Of a stretch of DNA of 64,000 bases, positions 56,379 to 64,000 are shown one piece after another (the first letter of the stretch is position 1; each line of letters opens with the position of its first letter). The stretch is from positions 1,888,001-1,952,000 of the forward strand of contig OY781066.1 of NCBI GenBank assembly GCA_963676395.1, given 5' to 3'. Source of the stretch: a bacterium. Its GTDB lineage: Bacteria > Fidelibacterota > Fidelibacteria > Fidelibacterales > Fidelibacteraceae. The translations under genes and the position numbers were made by a program. The notes under the pieces are model-generated. The model was not told the DNA's origin, made no database searches, and saw only the letters and a list, made by a program, of their open reading frames with translations.

Positions 56379-58265
56379 TTATTTAAGCACTTCTTTTTTC
56401 TTTGCCGTAAAGTACAACCAAATGGCCACAGCGGCAAAGAGGACAATGCCTAACCATTTAAAACCGCCGATGGCAGGCCACCAGTTTTTGTTGGCGGTAA
56501 TAAAGATAGGAACAGCGACAAGGATACCCATTAGTGCTTCACCGGTAATAAGTCCGGATGCAAACAGCAGTCCGTTCTTTTCATTGTTCTTTACGCGTTC
56601 CTTGGTGAAATAAGAGATTAAGCCACCAATGAATACCGGAACAGAAAGTGAGATCGGAAGATATAATCCAACCGCAACCGCCAGCACAGGCATACGGAAT
56701 TTTGATCCGCGTTTTTCTAGTATAATATCGACAATAATAATGGCTGCGCCCAAAACGGCACCAATCGCGATCATATTCCAGGGAAGTCCGCCATGAAATA
56801 CACCTTGAGCAACTGACATCATAAGGGTCGCTTGCGGAGCGGATAGCGTTTCGGAACCGATGGTATAAGCAGTATGAAGAATATCCAAAGTTAAGCCCAA
56901 AGCGAATGCGGCAGAAACCGTACCGACGATTTGCATGATCTGCTGTTTCCATGGAGTGGCGCCGAGAATATGTCCGGCTTTTAAATCTTGTAGATTATCA
57001 CCCGCGATCGAAGCCGCACAACAAACTACCGCACCAATAATAATGGCACCGGCCGCTCCTTCGGGGGAACCTGAACCCATAAGCAAGAGCAGTAGCAACG
57101 ATGAGAATAAGATGGTTGCAATGGTTACACCTGAAATGGGGTTGTTCGATGAGCCGACCAATCCACCCATATATCCGGCAACAGCGGAGAATAGGAAACC
57201 AAACACCAGCATAACGGCTGTCATGATCAAGGTGATGGGGACACTATGTAAAACATCCAAATAAAGTAAGAAAAGAGGAATTGAAGAAAGGGCAACGATA
57301 CCAATAACCCATTTGATGGAAATATCCTGTTCCGTGCTTTTCATTTCAACACCACGGTCAGCTGCTCGGTGAGCATCTAAAGAAGCTTTAATGCCGGCAA
57401 TGAGTGGTTTAAATAATTTAACTACAGACCAAAGTCCACCAACGACCATAGCTCCTACACCCAAATAGCGGATCTGTGTGCTCCAAATCGTGTTAGCGAT
57501 ATCCATGGTAATTGCACCTTCGTAGCCCGTTACAGTTGTATAGATGGGAAGAACCACCATCCATGAAAGCAGACCACCTGCGATCATGAGAGTTGATATA
57601 TTTAATCCGATAATATAACCTACACCTAAAAGCGCAGGTGAAAGGTCAGAGCCAAAACCGAATACTGTTTTAACGCCTTTAGCATTCTTAAAACCAAAAG
57701 CGCCTTCGGCAGACTGATGCCACATGGCAAAACCCTGTTGCATGAGTTTGAGTAGACCGCCAATCAAGCCGGCTTTCAGGATCATTCCCAAACTTTTACC
57801 GCCTTCTTTGCTGTTACGGGCTTCGTCACCGGCTTTCAGCACTTCGGCTGTTGCAACACCTTCAGGGTAAGTTAGTTTAGCTTCAATGATTAAGGCACGG
57901 CGTAGAGGAATAGTGAACATTACACCGATAATACCACCGACTGCCGACATTTTGGCAATGGCCATGTAATCAAAATCAGTCCAATAGCCCATCAGTACCA
58001 GTGCGGGTATAGTAAAAATCACGCCGGCTGCCAGCGATTCACCGGCTGATGCTGCGGTTTGAACAATATTATTTTCAAGAATGCTTGAGCGGCGGAACAT
58101 TCGCAAAACACCCATAGAGATAACGGCCGCCGGAATAGATGCCGAAACGGTCATCCCCGCGAATAAACCCAAATACGCGTTTGCCGCAGCAAGAATGATA
58201 GATAGCAATATACCTAGAATAACCGACTTAATGGTAATTTCCAGCATGCCTTTCTTTTTTGTCAT
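56379..58265 (-). CDS. OPT-family oligopeptide transporter
   Basis: ANAYLGLFAG, ILENNIVQT, YPEG, GSSNNPISG, DNLQDLKAG, APQA. Confidence 0.93.
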   Translation of the reverse strand: MTKKKGMLEITIKSVILGILLSIILAAANAYLGLFAGMTVSASIPAAVISMGVLRMFRRSSILENNIVQTAASAGESLAAGVIFTIPALVLMGYWTDFDYMAIAKMSAVGGIIGVMFTIPLRRALIIEAKLTYPEGVATAEVLKAGDEARNSKEGGKSLGMILKAGLIGGLLKLMQQGFAMWHQSAEGAFGFKNAKGVKTVFGFGSDLSPALLGVGYIIGLNISTLMIAGGLLSWMVVLPIYTTVTGYEGAITMDIANTIWSTQIRYLGVGAMVVGGLWSVVKLFKPLIAGIKASLDAHRAADRGVEMKSTEQDISIKWVIGIVALSSIPLFLLYLDVLHSVPITLIMTAVMLVFGFLFSAVAGYMGGLVGSSNNPISGVTIATILFSSLLLLLLMGSGSPEGAAGAIIIGAVVCCAASIAGDNLQDLKAGHILGATPWKQQIMQIVGTVSAAFALGLTLDILHTAYTIGSETLSAPQATLMMSVAQGVFHGGLPWNMIAIGAVLGAAIIIVDIILEKRGSKFRMPVLAVAVGLYLPISLSVPVFIGGLISYFTKERVKNNEKNGLLFASGLITGEALMGILVAVPIFITANKNWWPAIGGFKWLGIVLFAAVAIWLYFTAKKKEVLK

Positions 58266-58472
58266 AGTTTTCCTTTTTATCCCGTTTTTTAGTTTCAGTT
58301 AAGGATAATATACAAAGAATGTTTATTGCTAGAAAGTGCTTTTATTGTGAGAGAGTGCTTTGTGAATGATGAACGATAAAAACATAATGAATCGGAGTTT
58401 GTATGAGCATGTAGGGTTGTGTATGAGCGTATTTTTGTCGTTGAAGTGTCGAAGCTCGAAATTGATTTGTTT

Positions 58473-58507
58473 TAGTAAACAGTAAACGGTAAGCAGTAAG
58501 TAGTAAA
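58473..58507. repeat. Degenerate 7-mer tandem array between OPT and lysS
   Basis: tagtaaa cagtaaa cggtaag cagtaag tagtaaa. Confidence 0.7.
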
Positions 58508-58720
58508 TGGTGGTAAAGGTGGAGACAGTCATGGTCATGAAGAGTATTTCAATGTGTTTACGACAATTTGTAACTTACTATTTGTTCTTGCCTTCATTCA
58601 CTTTGACTTTTGTAGGTTTTTGACTTTATTCTTTTATCCTTAATTCTTGAACACCTTCTCATTCCTGTTTCATTTTGGATCAAAATATGTTATCTTACGC
58701 AGATATAAAAAGGAAGGCAA

Positions 58721-60244
58721 ATGAGCGAACAAAAGGTACAAGAAAAGCACTCGACACTGGACAACATCCTTGAACAACGCAAGGAGAAGATTGTAAAATT
58801 AAAAGAGATGGGCATTGAGCCTTATCCCTATTCATATAAGGTGACTTACAAGAGTCAGGAGATTCTTGATAGTTATAATGAAGAAGATGAAAAATGGAAT
58901 GAAAAAACGGTTTCCCTTGCCGGTCGTTTAATGAATAAACGTGTCATGGGAAAAGCCTCTTTCGCGCATATACAAGATGCTGCCGGTCGTATTCAGCTTT
59001 ATGTTTCCAAGAATGATATTGGTGAAGAACCTTATGTCATGTTCAAACTTTTAGATATCGGTGATATTATCGGCGTTGAAGGTATTGTGATGAAGACACG
59101 TACCGGTGAAACCACCATTAAAGCAAAATCAGTTACCTTGTTGACAAAGAATATTCGCCCTTTACCGATCGTTAAAGAAAAAGACGGTGAAGTGTTCGAT
59201 GCTTTTGCCGATAAAGAACAGCGTTATCGTAAACGCTATCTTGACCTTATTGTTAATCCTGAAGTCAAAGATACTTTTATTAAACGTGCTGAGATCACAC
59301 GTGCTACCCGTAAATTCTTTGATGATCGTGGTTACCTCGAAGTGGAAACACCTATTTTACAATCACTTTACGGCGGTGCTAATGCTCGTCCTTTTGTGAC
59401 TCATCACAATTCATTGGATCAGGATCTCTATCTTCGTATCGCGGATGAACTATACCTCAAGCGCCTCATCGTAGGTGGTTTTGATAAAGTTTATGAATTT
59501 TCCCGTAACTTCCGAAACGAAGGTATGGATCGTTCTCATAATCCTGAATTTACGGCTATCGAATTCTATGAAGCTTATGTGGATTATTTTTACATGATGG
59601 ATTTCGTGGAAGATTATTTTAAGAAAATTGCTAAGCATACCGGATCCATGCAGATCGAATATCGCGGTGAAGAACTTGATTTCTCTAAGCCTTTCGCAAG
59701 AAAGCCTATGGCTGATCTTTTTAAAGAACATGTGGGTATTGATATTGTTGATTACACCGAAGCTGATTTTGCAGCTTGGTGTGAGACGAAAGGCATGGAT
59801 TATGATCCCAAATGGAATTACGGTCAATTTCTTGATAAACTTTTCGATGAATTTATTGAACCGAAATTGATCCAACCGACATTCGTGATCGATTACCCTA
59901 AAGCTATTTCACCGCTGGCTAAAGTCCGTCGTGATGGTGATGGACGCTTCGTAGAACGTTTTGAATTGTTTATTTGCGGTTCAGAATATGCGAATGCTTT
60001 TTCAGAATTGAATGATCCTCTCGATCAACGGGAACGTTTAGAGAATCAGGATCGTTTGCGTGTGGAAGGCGACGATGAAGCGCAGACTTTTGATGAAGAC
60101 TTCATTCAAGCTATAGAAACGGGAATGCCGCCAACCGGTGGTGTAGGCATTGGCTTTGATCGTGTGATCATGATGTTTACCGGTCAGACCAGTATTAAAG
60201 ATGTTTTATTGTTCCCGGCGATGCGTTCTGAAAAATTGTCATAA
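58721..60244 (+). CDS. lysS: Lysyl-tRNA synthetase, class II
   Basis: GGANARPF, LRIADELYLKRL, FRNEG, HNPEF, GMPPTGG. Confidence 0.98.
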   Translation: MSEQKVQEKHSTLDNILEQRKEKIVKLKEMGIEPYPYSYKVTYKSQEILDSYNEEDEKWNEKTVSLAGRLMNKRVMGKASFAHIQDAAGRIQLYVSKNDIGEEPYVMFKLLDIGDIIGVEGIVMKTRTGETTIKAKSVTLLTKNIRPLPIVKEKDGEVFDAFADKEQRYRKRYLDLIVNPEVKDTFIKRAEITRATRKFFDDRGYLEVETPILQSLYGGANARPFVTHHNSLDQDLYLRIADELYLKRLIVGGFDKVYEFSRNFRNEGMDRSHNPEFTAIEFYEAYVDYFYMMDFVEDYFKKIAKHTGSMQIEYRGEELDFSKPFARKPMADLFKEHVGIDIVDYTEADFAAWCETKGMDYDPKWNYGQFLDKLFDEFIEPKLIQPTFVIDYPKAISPLAKVRRDGDGRFVERFELFICGSEYANAFSELNDPLDQRERLENQDRLRVEGDDEAQTFDEDFIQAIETGMPPTGGVGIGFDRVIMMFTGQTSIKDVLLFPAMRSEKLS

Positions 60245-60360
60245 CGGAATGATCTGACTTTTTTAAGAAGATAACAGAAATTAGCTGATTTCTTTTTGAC
60301 AGGACACACATGATGTCCTGCCCTTGATTTAATATATTAACGCAAAAAGCATATTAAGCA

Positions 60361-61578
60361 ATGAAGTTTCTATTCTACCTGTCAAAACGTACCCTCTTTC
60401 ATAAACGGTCCGATTTATTCGTCCCCTTTATCCGGGTGCTTGCCATTGTGGGGTTGATTATTGGCACGATCGCCATGACCATCACATTGGGTATTTTGAA
60501 AGGATTTGAAAATGATCTGGTAGATCAGATTACGAATTATGAAGCTCATATCCGACTTGAAAGTTACAAGCGCCATCTGGAACTTGAGCCAAAATATGCC
60601 GACAAGATATTATCACATCCCGAAGTAATATCCATGATCCCCTATTCTGAACTCGAATGTATGTTGAGATACAAAGAGGAAACAGAAGGTATTATCATTG
60701 AATGCATGAGTGAACGTGAATTCATTGACATGCTTTATAGAAATAAGGAAGATATTGAAGGAAAAGTGGATTTTAGAGAAAAGGAAGAACTGCATGGACT
60801 TTACTTGGGGCAGGGCGTAGCGGAATATTTAAATGTTCATGAGGGCGATACCTTAACGGCTTTGTTCATGGACGGTATCCCGACACCTTTAAATCCAATG
60901 CCTTCTTTTAATTTGATCGTTACCGGTATTTTTTCTACAGGAATGAAAGAGTTTGATGCCAACTATGCTTATGCACCTATGAACTTTGCTAATAAAGTCA
61001 ATGGCAATGAAAAAGAGATAAGCGGTTATCAAATTATTCTTAAGGATCCACTGAATGCCGATGAGGTATCCCAATGGATCAATAAAGAAAGTGACTATCA
61101 TTATATTCCCACAACATGGCGTGAGCGTAACTTGATGTTATTTAGATGGTTAGAAACGCAAAAGGCGCCCATTGTTATAACCTTTGGAATTATTGCTTTG
61201 GTTGCTCTGGTAAATATTATTTCTACGTTGGTTATGATTGTGCTGGTTAAAGAGCGCGATACGGCGATATTAAAGTCTATGGGAATGAAACCAAAAGATA
61301 TTCGTAAAAAATTTATGATAGATGGTTTTAGTATTTCTGCAATGGGATTAACAGCTGGTATCCTTATTGCAAAAATTTTGGAATGGGGACAGATGAAATT
61401 CGGATGGATCAGACTTTCCGACGATGTTTACTTTGTTGATAAATTGCCCATTGAAATATCCTGGGGTGTTGTGCTTACCATTGTTGGTGTTGGACTTTTG
61501 ATCGCTTTTATTGCAACATTTTTTCCTGCAAGAAATGCTGCAAAGATCAAACCTGTGGAGGTGCTCCGATATGAGTAA
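60361..61578 (+). CDS. Lipoprotein-releasing ABC permease (LolC/E family)
   Basis: TM1, periplasmic domain, NIISTL, AILKSMG, PARNAAKIKPVEVLRYE. Confidence 0.88.
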   Translation: MKFLFYLSKRTLFHKRSDLFVPFIRVLAIVGLIIGTIAMTITLGILKGFENDLVDQITNYEAHIRLESYKRHLELEPKYADKILSHPEVISMIPYSELECMLRYKEETEGIIIECMSEREFIDMLYRNKEDIEGKVDFREKEELHGLYLGQGVAEYLNVHEGDTLTALFMDGIPTPLNPMPSFNLIVTGIFSTGMKEFDANYAYAPMNFANKVNGNEKEISGYQIILKDPLNADEVSQWINKESDYHYIPTTWRERNLMLFRWLETQKAPIVITFGIIALVALVNIISTLVMIVLVKERDTAILKSMGMKPKDIRKKFMIDGFSISAMGLTAGILIAKILEWGQMKFGWIRLSDDVYFVDKLPIEISWGVVLTIVGVGLLIAFIATFFPARNAAKIKPVEVLRYE

Positions 61579-62800
61579 GGGTAACTTTATTAATTTTATT
61601 GCAGGTCGTTACTTTTCTTCCCGTAAGAAAGTTCGTATGATTTCTACAACATCGATCATCACCATTCTCGGTACCTTTCTTGGTACTTTTGCGATTATTG
61701 CCTCTTTGTCTGTGATGAATGGTTTTCGTGATTTATTATTTTCACGGACACAAGATATGTCCCCTGATATGACTTTTTATGTCAAGAATACTACAGTTGA
61801 AGCACGATCAGATCTTCTTGATGATATTAATAAAGACCTTAGATTCAGTACTATTACACCTACAATTGAAAGAAAGATGTTACTTTCCGCAGGGAAATAT
61901 CAGCATTTGGCCTTTGTAAAAGGTATTCAACCGGAAGAATACAAAGGTATTGTGAAACTCGATCCTTATTTGCTAGATAAACAATTTCTTACGGATGATA
62001 TTTCTAAAACGACATTTCCCGAGATTATTTTAGGTTTATCTTTAGCGAATAAGATCGGAGTTCAGGTAGGAGATACCTTGGATATTATTTCATTATTGGA
62101 TGTGCGCTCTTATAATGCTCCCATGATGAAATGCATTGTAAAAGACGTGTTTAATGTCACGGTATTCGATTATGATTATCGTGCATACATACATATTCTT
62201 GATATGAAATATCTCCTGGATGAACCGAATGCACATATGTATGAAGCTGAATTGCATTCCATAAAAGAATTGGCAGCTGTAAATAAATACTGGAAAGAAC
62301 ATTTGCCTGAGGGAGCGAGAATGGCAACCTGGTGGGAAGAACATCTGGAGCTTTTTACGGCAATGCAGATAGAAAAATTGGCGACGTTTTTAGTTTTAAG
62401 TCTTATTGTCTTGATCGCTGGCTTTAACTTGATATCCTCAATGATTATGCTGCTTCTTGAAAAAAAATGGGAGATAGGTATTTTACAAAGCATGGGCTGT
62501 GGTCCAAGAGATGCGTATAAGATCTATTTTAGACTTGGTTGGTATACCGGTGGCGTGGGCATGCTGGCAGGGGCTGTGTTTTCGGTGCTAATTTTGCTTT
62601 TACAGCAATATTTCCCCTTTATTGTTATGCCGGGTGCAAATGATGTATATATCTTTAAATATGTGCCGGTGATCGTGAATGGATGGGATATTCTTGCGAC
62701 CATAGTGATGGTGTCACTTTTAATTACTCTGTCTTCACTTATCCCTGCAAGAAGGGCGAATAAGATCAAACCGTTGGAAGCCATAAAAACAAAAGCGTAA
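61571..62800 (+). CDS. Second LolC/E-family permease; start ATG 61571
   Basis: IAGRYF, LSVMNGF, EIGILQSMG, PARRANKIKPLEAI. Confidence 0.88.
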   Translation: MSKGNFINFIAGRYFSSRKKVRMISTTSIITILGTFLGTFAIIASLSVMNGFRDLLFSRTQDMSPDMTFYVKNTTVEARSDLLDDINKDLRFSTITPTIERKMLLSAGKYQHLAFVKGIQPEEYKGIVKLDPYLLDKQFLTDDISKTTFPEIILGLSLANKIGVQVGDTLDIISLLDVRSYNAPMMKCIVKDVFNVTVFDYDYRAYIHILDMKYLLDEPNAHMYEAELHSIKELAAVNKYWKEHLPEGARMATWWEEHLELFTAMQIEKLATFLVLSLIVLIAGFNLISSMIMLLLEKKWEIGILQSMGCGPRDAYKIYFRLGWYTGGVGMLAGAVFSVLILLLQQYFPFIVMPGANDVYIFKYVPVIVNGWDILATIVMVSLLITLSSLIPARRANKIKPLEAIKTKA

Positions 62801-62859
62801 GACGTAAAAGATATGCGAAGACCATATCACGTCTCGGGAATAATAAAAATGGGTTGTAT

Positions 62860-63537
62860 ATGAAAACAATCATCGAAGTCAAAAATCTATGTAAAAGCTA
62901 TCTCTCCGGAGAACAAACGTTAACTGTTTTAGACGATGTAAATTTGAAGATATTTAAAGGAGATTTTATTTCTCTTATGGGGCCCTCAGGATGTGGAAAA
63001 TCTACATTTTTAAATATTATTGGCACCATGGATTCTCCTAGCTCAGGAGAGTTATGGGTTGCCGGTAAAAATGTAACTGATTACCCGGAAAATCAATTGG
63101 CTCAGTTCAGACAGGATCATATCGGTTTTGTTTTTCAGTTTCATTACCTATTACCGGAATTCAGTATTGAAGAGAATGTGGCGATGCCTTTGATGATCAC
63201 CGGTGAAAAAAAGATAAATGCTTTGAAAAAAGCTAAAGATATTTTGGATTATCTTGGTTTGGCAGATAGGGGACATCATTATCCCGCAGAGATTTCCGGT
63301 GGTGAAAAACAGCGGGCTGTTATCGGGCGTGCACTGATCAATGAACCGGATATTCTGTTAGCTGACGAGCCAACAGGGAATCTTGATAGGGAAACCGGAG
63401 AAAAAGTCTTGGAATTATTTGAAAAGATTCAAAAAGATATGAAGCAAACCTTCTTTTTAGTTACACATGATGAAGATATTGCTAAAACTGCCGGTATTAA
63501 TTATTACCTGGAAAAAGGTAAGCTCCTAAAAAGATAA
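62860..63537 (+). CDS. lolD: Lipoprotein-releasing ABC ATPase
   Basis: GPSGCGKST, GFVFQFHYLLPEF, SGGEKQR, ADEPTGNLD. Confidence 0.9.
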   Translation: MKTIIEVKNLCKSYLSGEQTLTVLDDVNLKIFKGDFISLMGPSGCGKSTFLNIIGTMDSPSSGELWVAGKNVTDYPENQLAQFRQDHIGFVFQFHYLLPEFSIEENVAMPLMITGEKKINALKKAKDILDYLGLADRGHHYPAEISGGEKQRAVIGRALINEPDILLADEPTGNLDRETGEKVLELFEKIQKDMKQTFFLVTHDEDIAKTAGINYYLEKGKLLKR

Positions 63538-63595
63538 TTCGCTCATATAATGAAAATCAGGAACTTCTATAGAAAAAGTTATTATATTTATGTGT

Positions 63596-64000
63596 ATGAA
63601 AACAAAAAATAACAACATAGTATTGATCTTATTGCTTAGCTTGCTTCCTTTTTCGGTCTTCGCCGAATATGCTTCTTATGGTAATGATTATTTGAACCTG
63701 TTGCGTGGTCCGGGAGGAGAACTTTACGGTTCAGCATATGGTTTGATGCAGTATGGTAGCGATAATACTATGATGAATGCTGCAAGATTAAGCTCTGAAG
63801 GATTAAAGGGTATTTACCTTTACCACTCTACCTGGTTTCGCTCTGAAGTTTCTGCATCTTCCGCTGCTTATACTTTTAATTTAAACGGACGTCCTTTGGG
63901 TGTGATGTTTTCACGCATTGGTGTTGAAGATATTCCCGATTCAAGAAATGCTTTATTGGATTATGGTATTGATGGTATACCCGGAACCGGAGATACCGGA
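63596..64000 (+). CDS. PorV/PorQ-like outer membrane protein, N-terminal part (runs off window)
   Basis: Open frame MKTKNNNIVLILLLSLLPFSVFAEYASYGNDYLNL...MNAARLS...HSTWF...IGVEDIPDSRNALLDYGIDGIPGTGDTG. Confidence 0.6.
   Translation, partial: MKTKNNNIVLILLLSLLPFSVFAEYASYGNDYLNLLRGPGGELYGSAYGLMQYGSDNTMMNAARLSSEGLKGIYLYHSTWFRSEVSASSAAYTFNLNGRPLGVMFSRIGVEDIPDSRNALLDYGIDGIPGTGDTG

Noticed and set aside
58329..58538. 69-aa minus-strand ORF between OPT and lysS
   Set aside because: Its YYLLLTVYCLL segment is the translation of the 7-mer repeat array; no homology cues
756..62784. Many 60-140 aa ORFs overlapping the genes above, antisense or out of frame
   Set aside because: Shadow ORFs of well-supported genes, without SD or recognisable motifs
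1..64000. CRISPR array, tRNA/rRNA, integrase, transposase, prophage or defence system
   Set aside because: No regularly spaced 25-45 nt repeats, cloverleaf patterns or such protein motifs seen by eye; a covariance-model scan could still find small RNAs

Overview
This is AT-rich bacterial chromosomal DNA, mostly housekeeping genes on the + strand. T9SS/FlgD-type C-terminal sorting domains, a PorV-like gene, DUF4837, a bat-type moxR locus and a bS22-like peptide suggest an FCB-group anaerobe, plausibly Marinimicrobia or a relative (inference). Gene order, with minus-strand genes in brackets: thrS(partial), divergent PEPCK, [ablB-ablA-marR], infC-rpmI-rplT-pheS-pheT-zapB-like-zapA-rny-folD-tamB-tamA, TPR-moxR-DUF58-BatD-like-membrane protein-ABC pair, trxA-acyP-nadE-nox, comEC-lipoprotein-rnhB/yraN fusion-lepB, tnaA, [rsmB, T9SS pseudogene], lipoprotein-tRNA thiolase, argS-mltD, HU-bS22, xseAB-DUF4837, [1461-aa T9SS cargo, udg-coaBC-rpoZ-gmk-yicC, OPT], lysS-lolC-lolE-lolD-porV-like(partial). 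I saw no rRNA, tRNA, CRISPR array or intact mobile element. The most notable items are: (1) an N-epsilon-acetyl-beta-lysine osmolyte operon that splits thrS from infC and is headed by a MarR gene with a perfect EctR-style palindrome at its promoter; (2) sub-threshold features missing from the ORF track (ZapB-like gene, bS22-like gene, a stop-disrupted T9SS-cargo remnant coupled to rsmB, an orphan terminated small ORF/sRNA unit); (3) a comEC cluster with a CRP-type box and an RNase HII-YraN fusion; (4) degenerate 7-mer tandem repeats at gene junctions that have entered coding sequence. All calls rest on motif recognition only; no database search was run.
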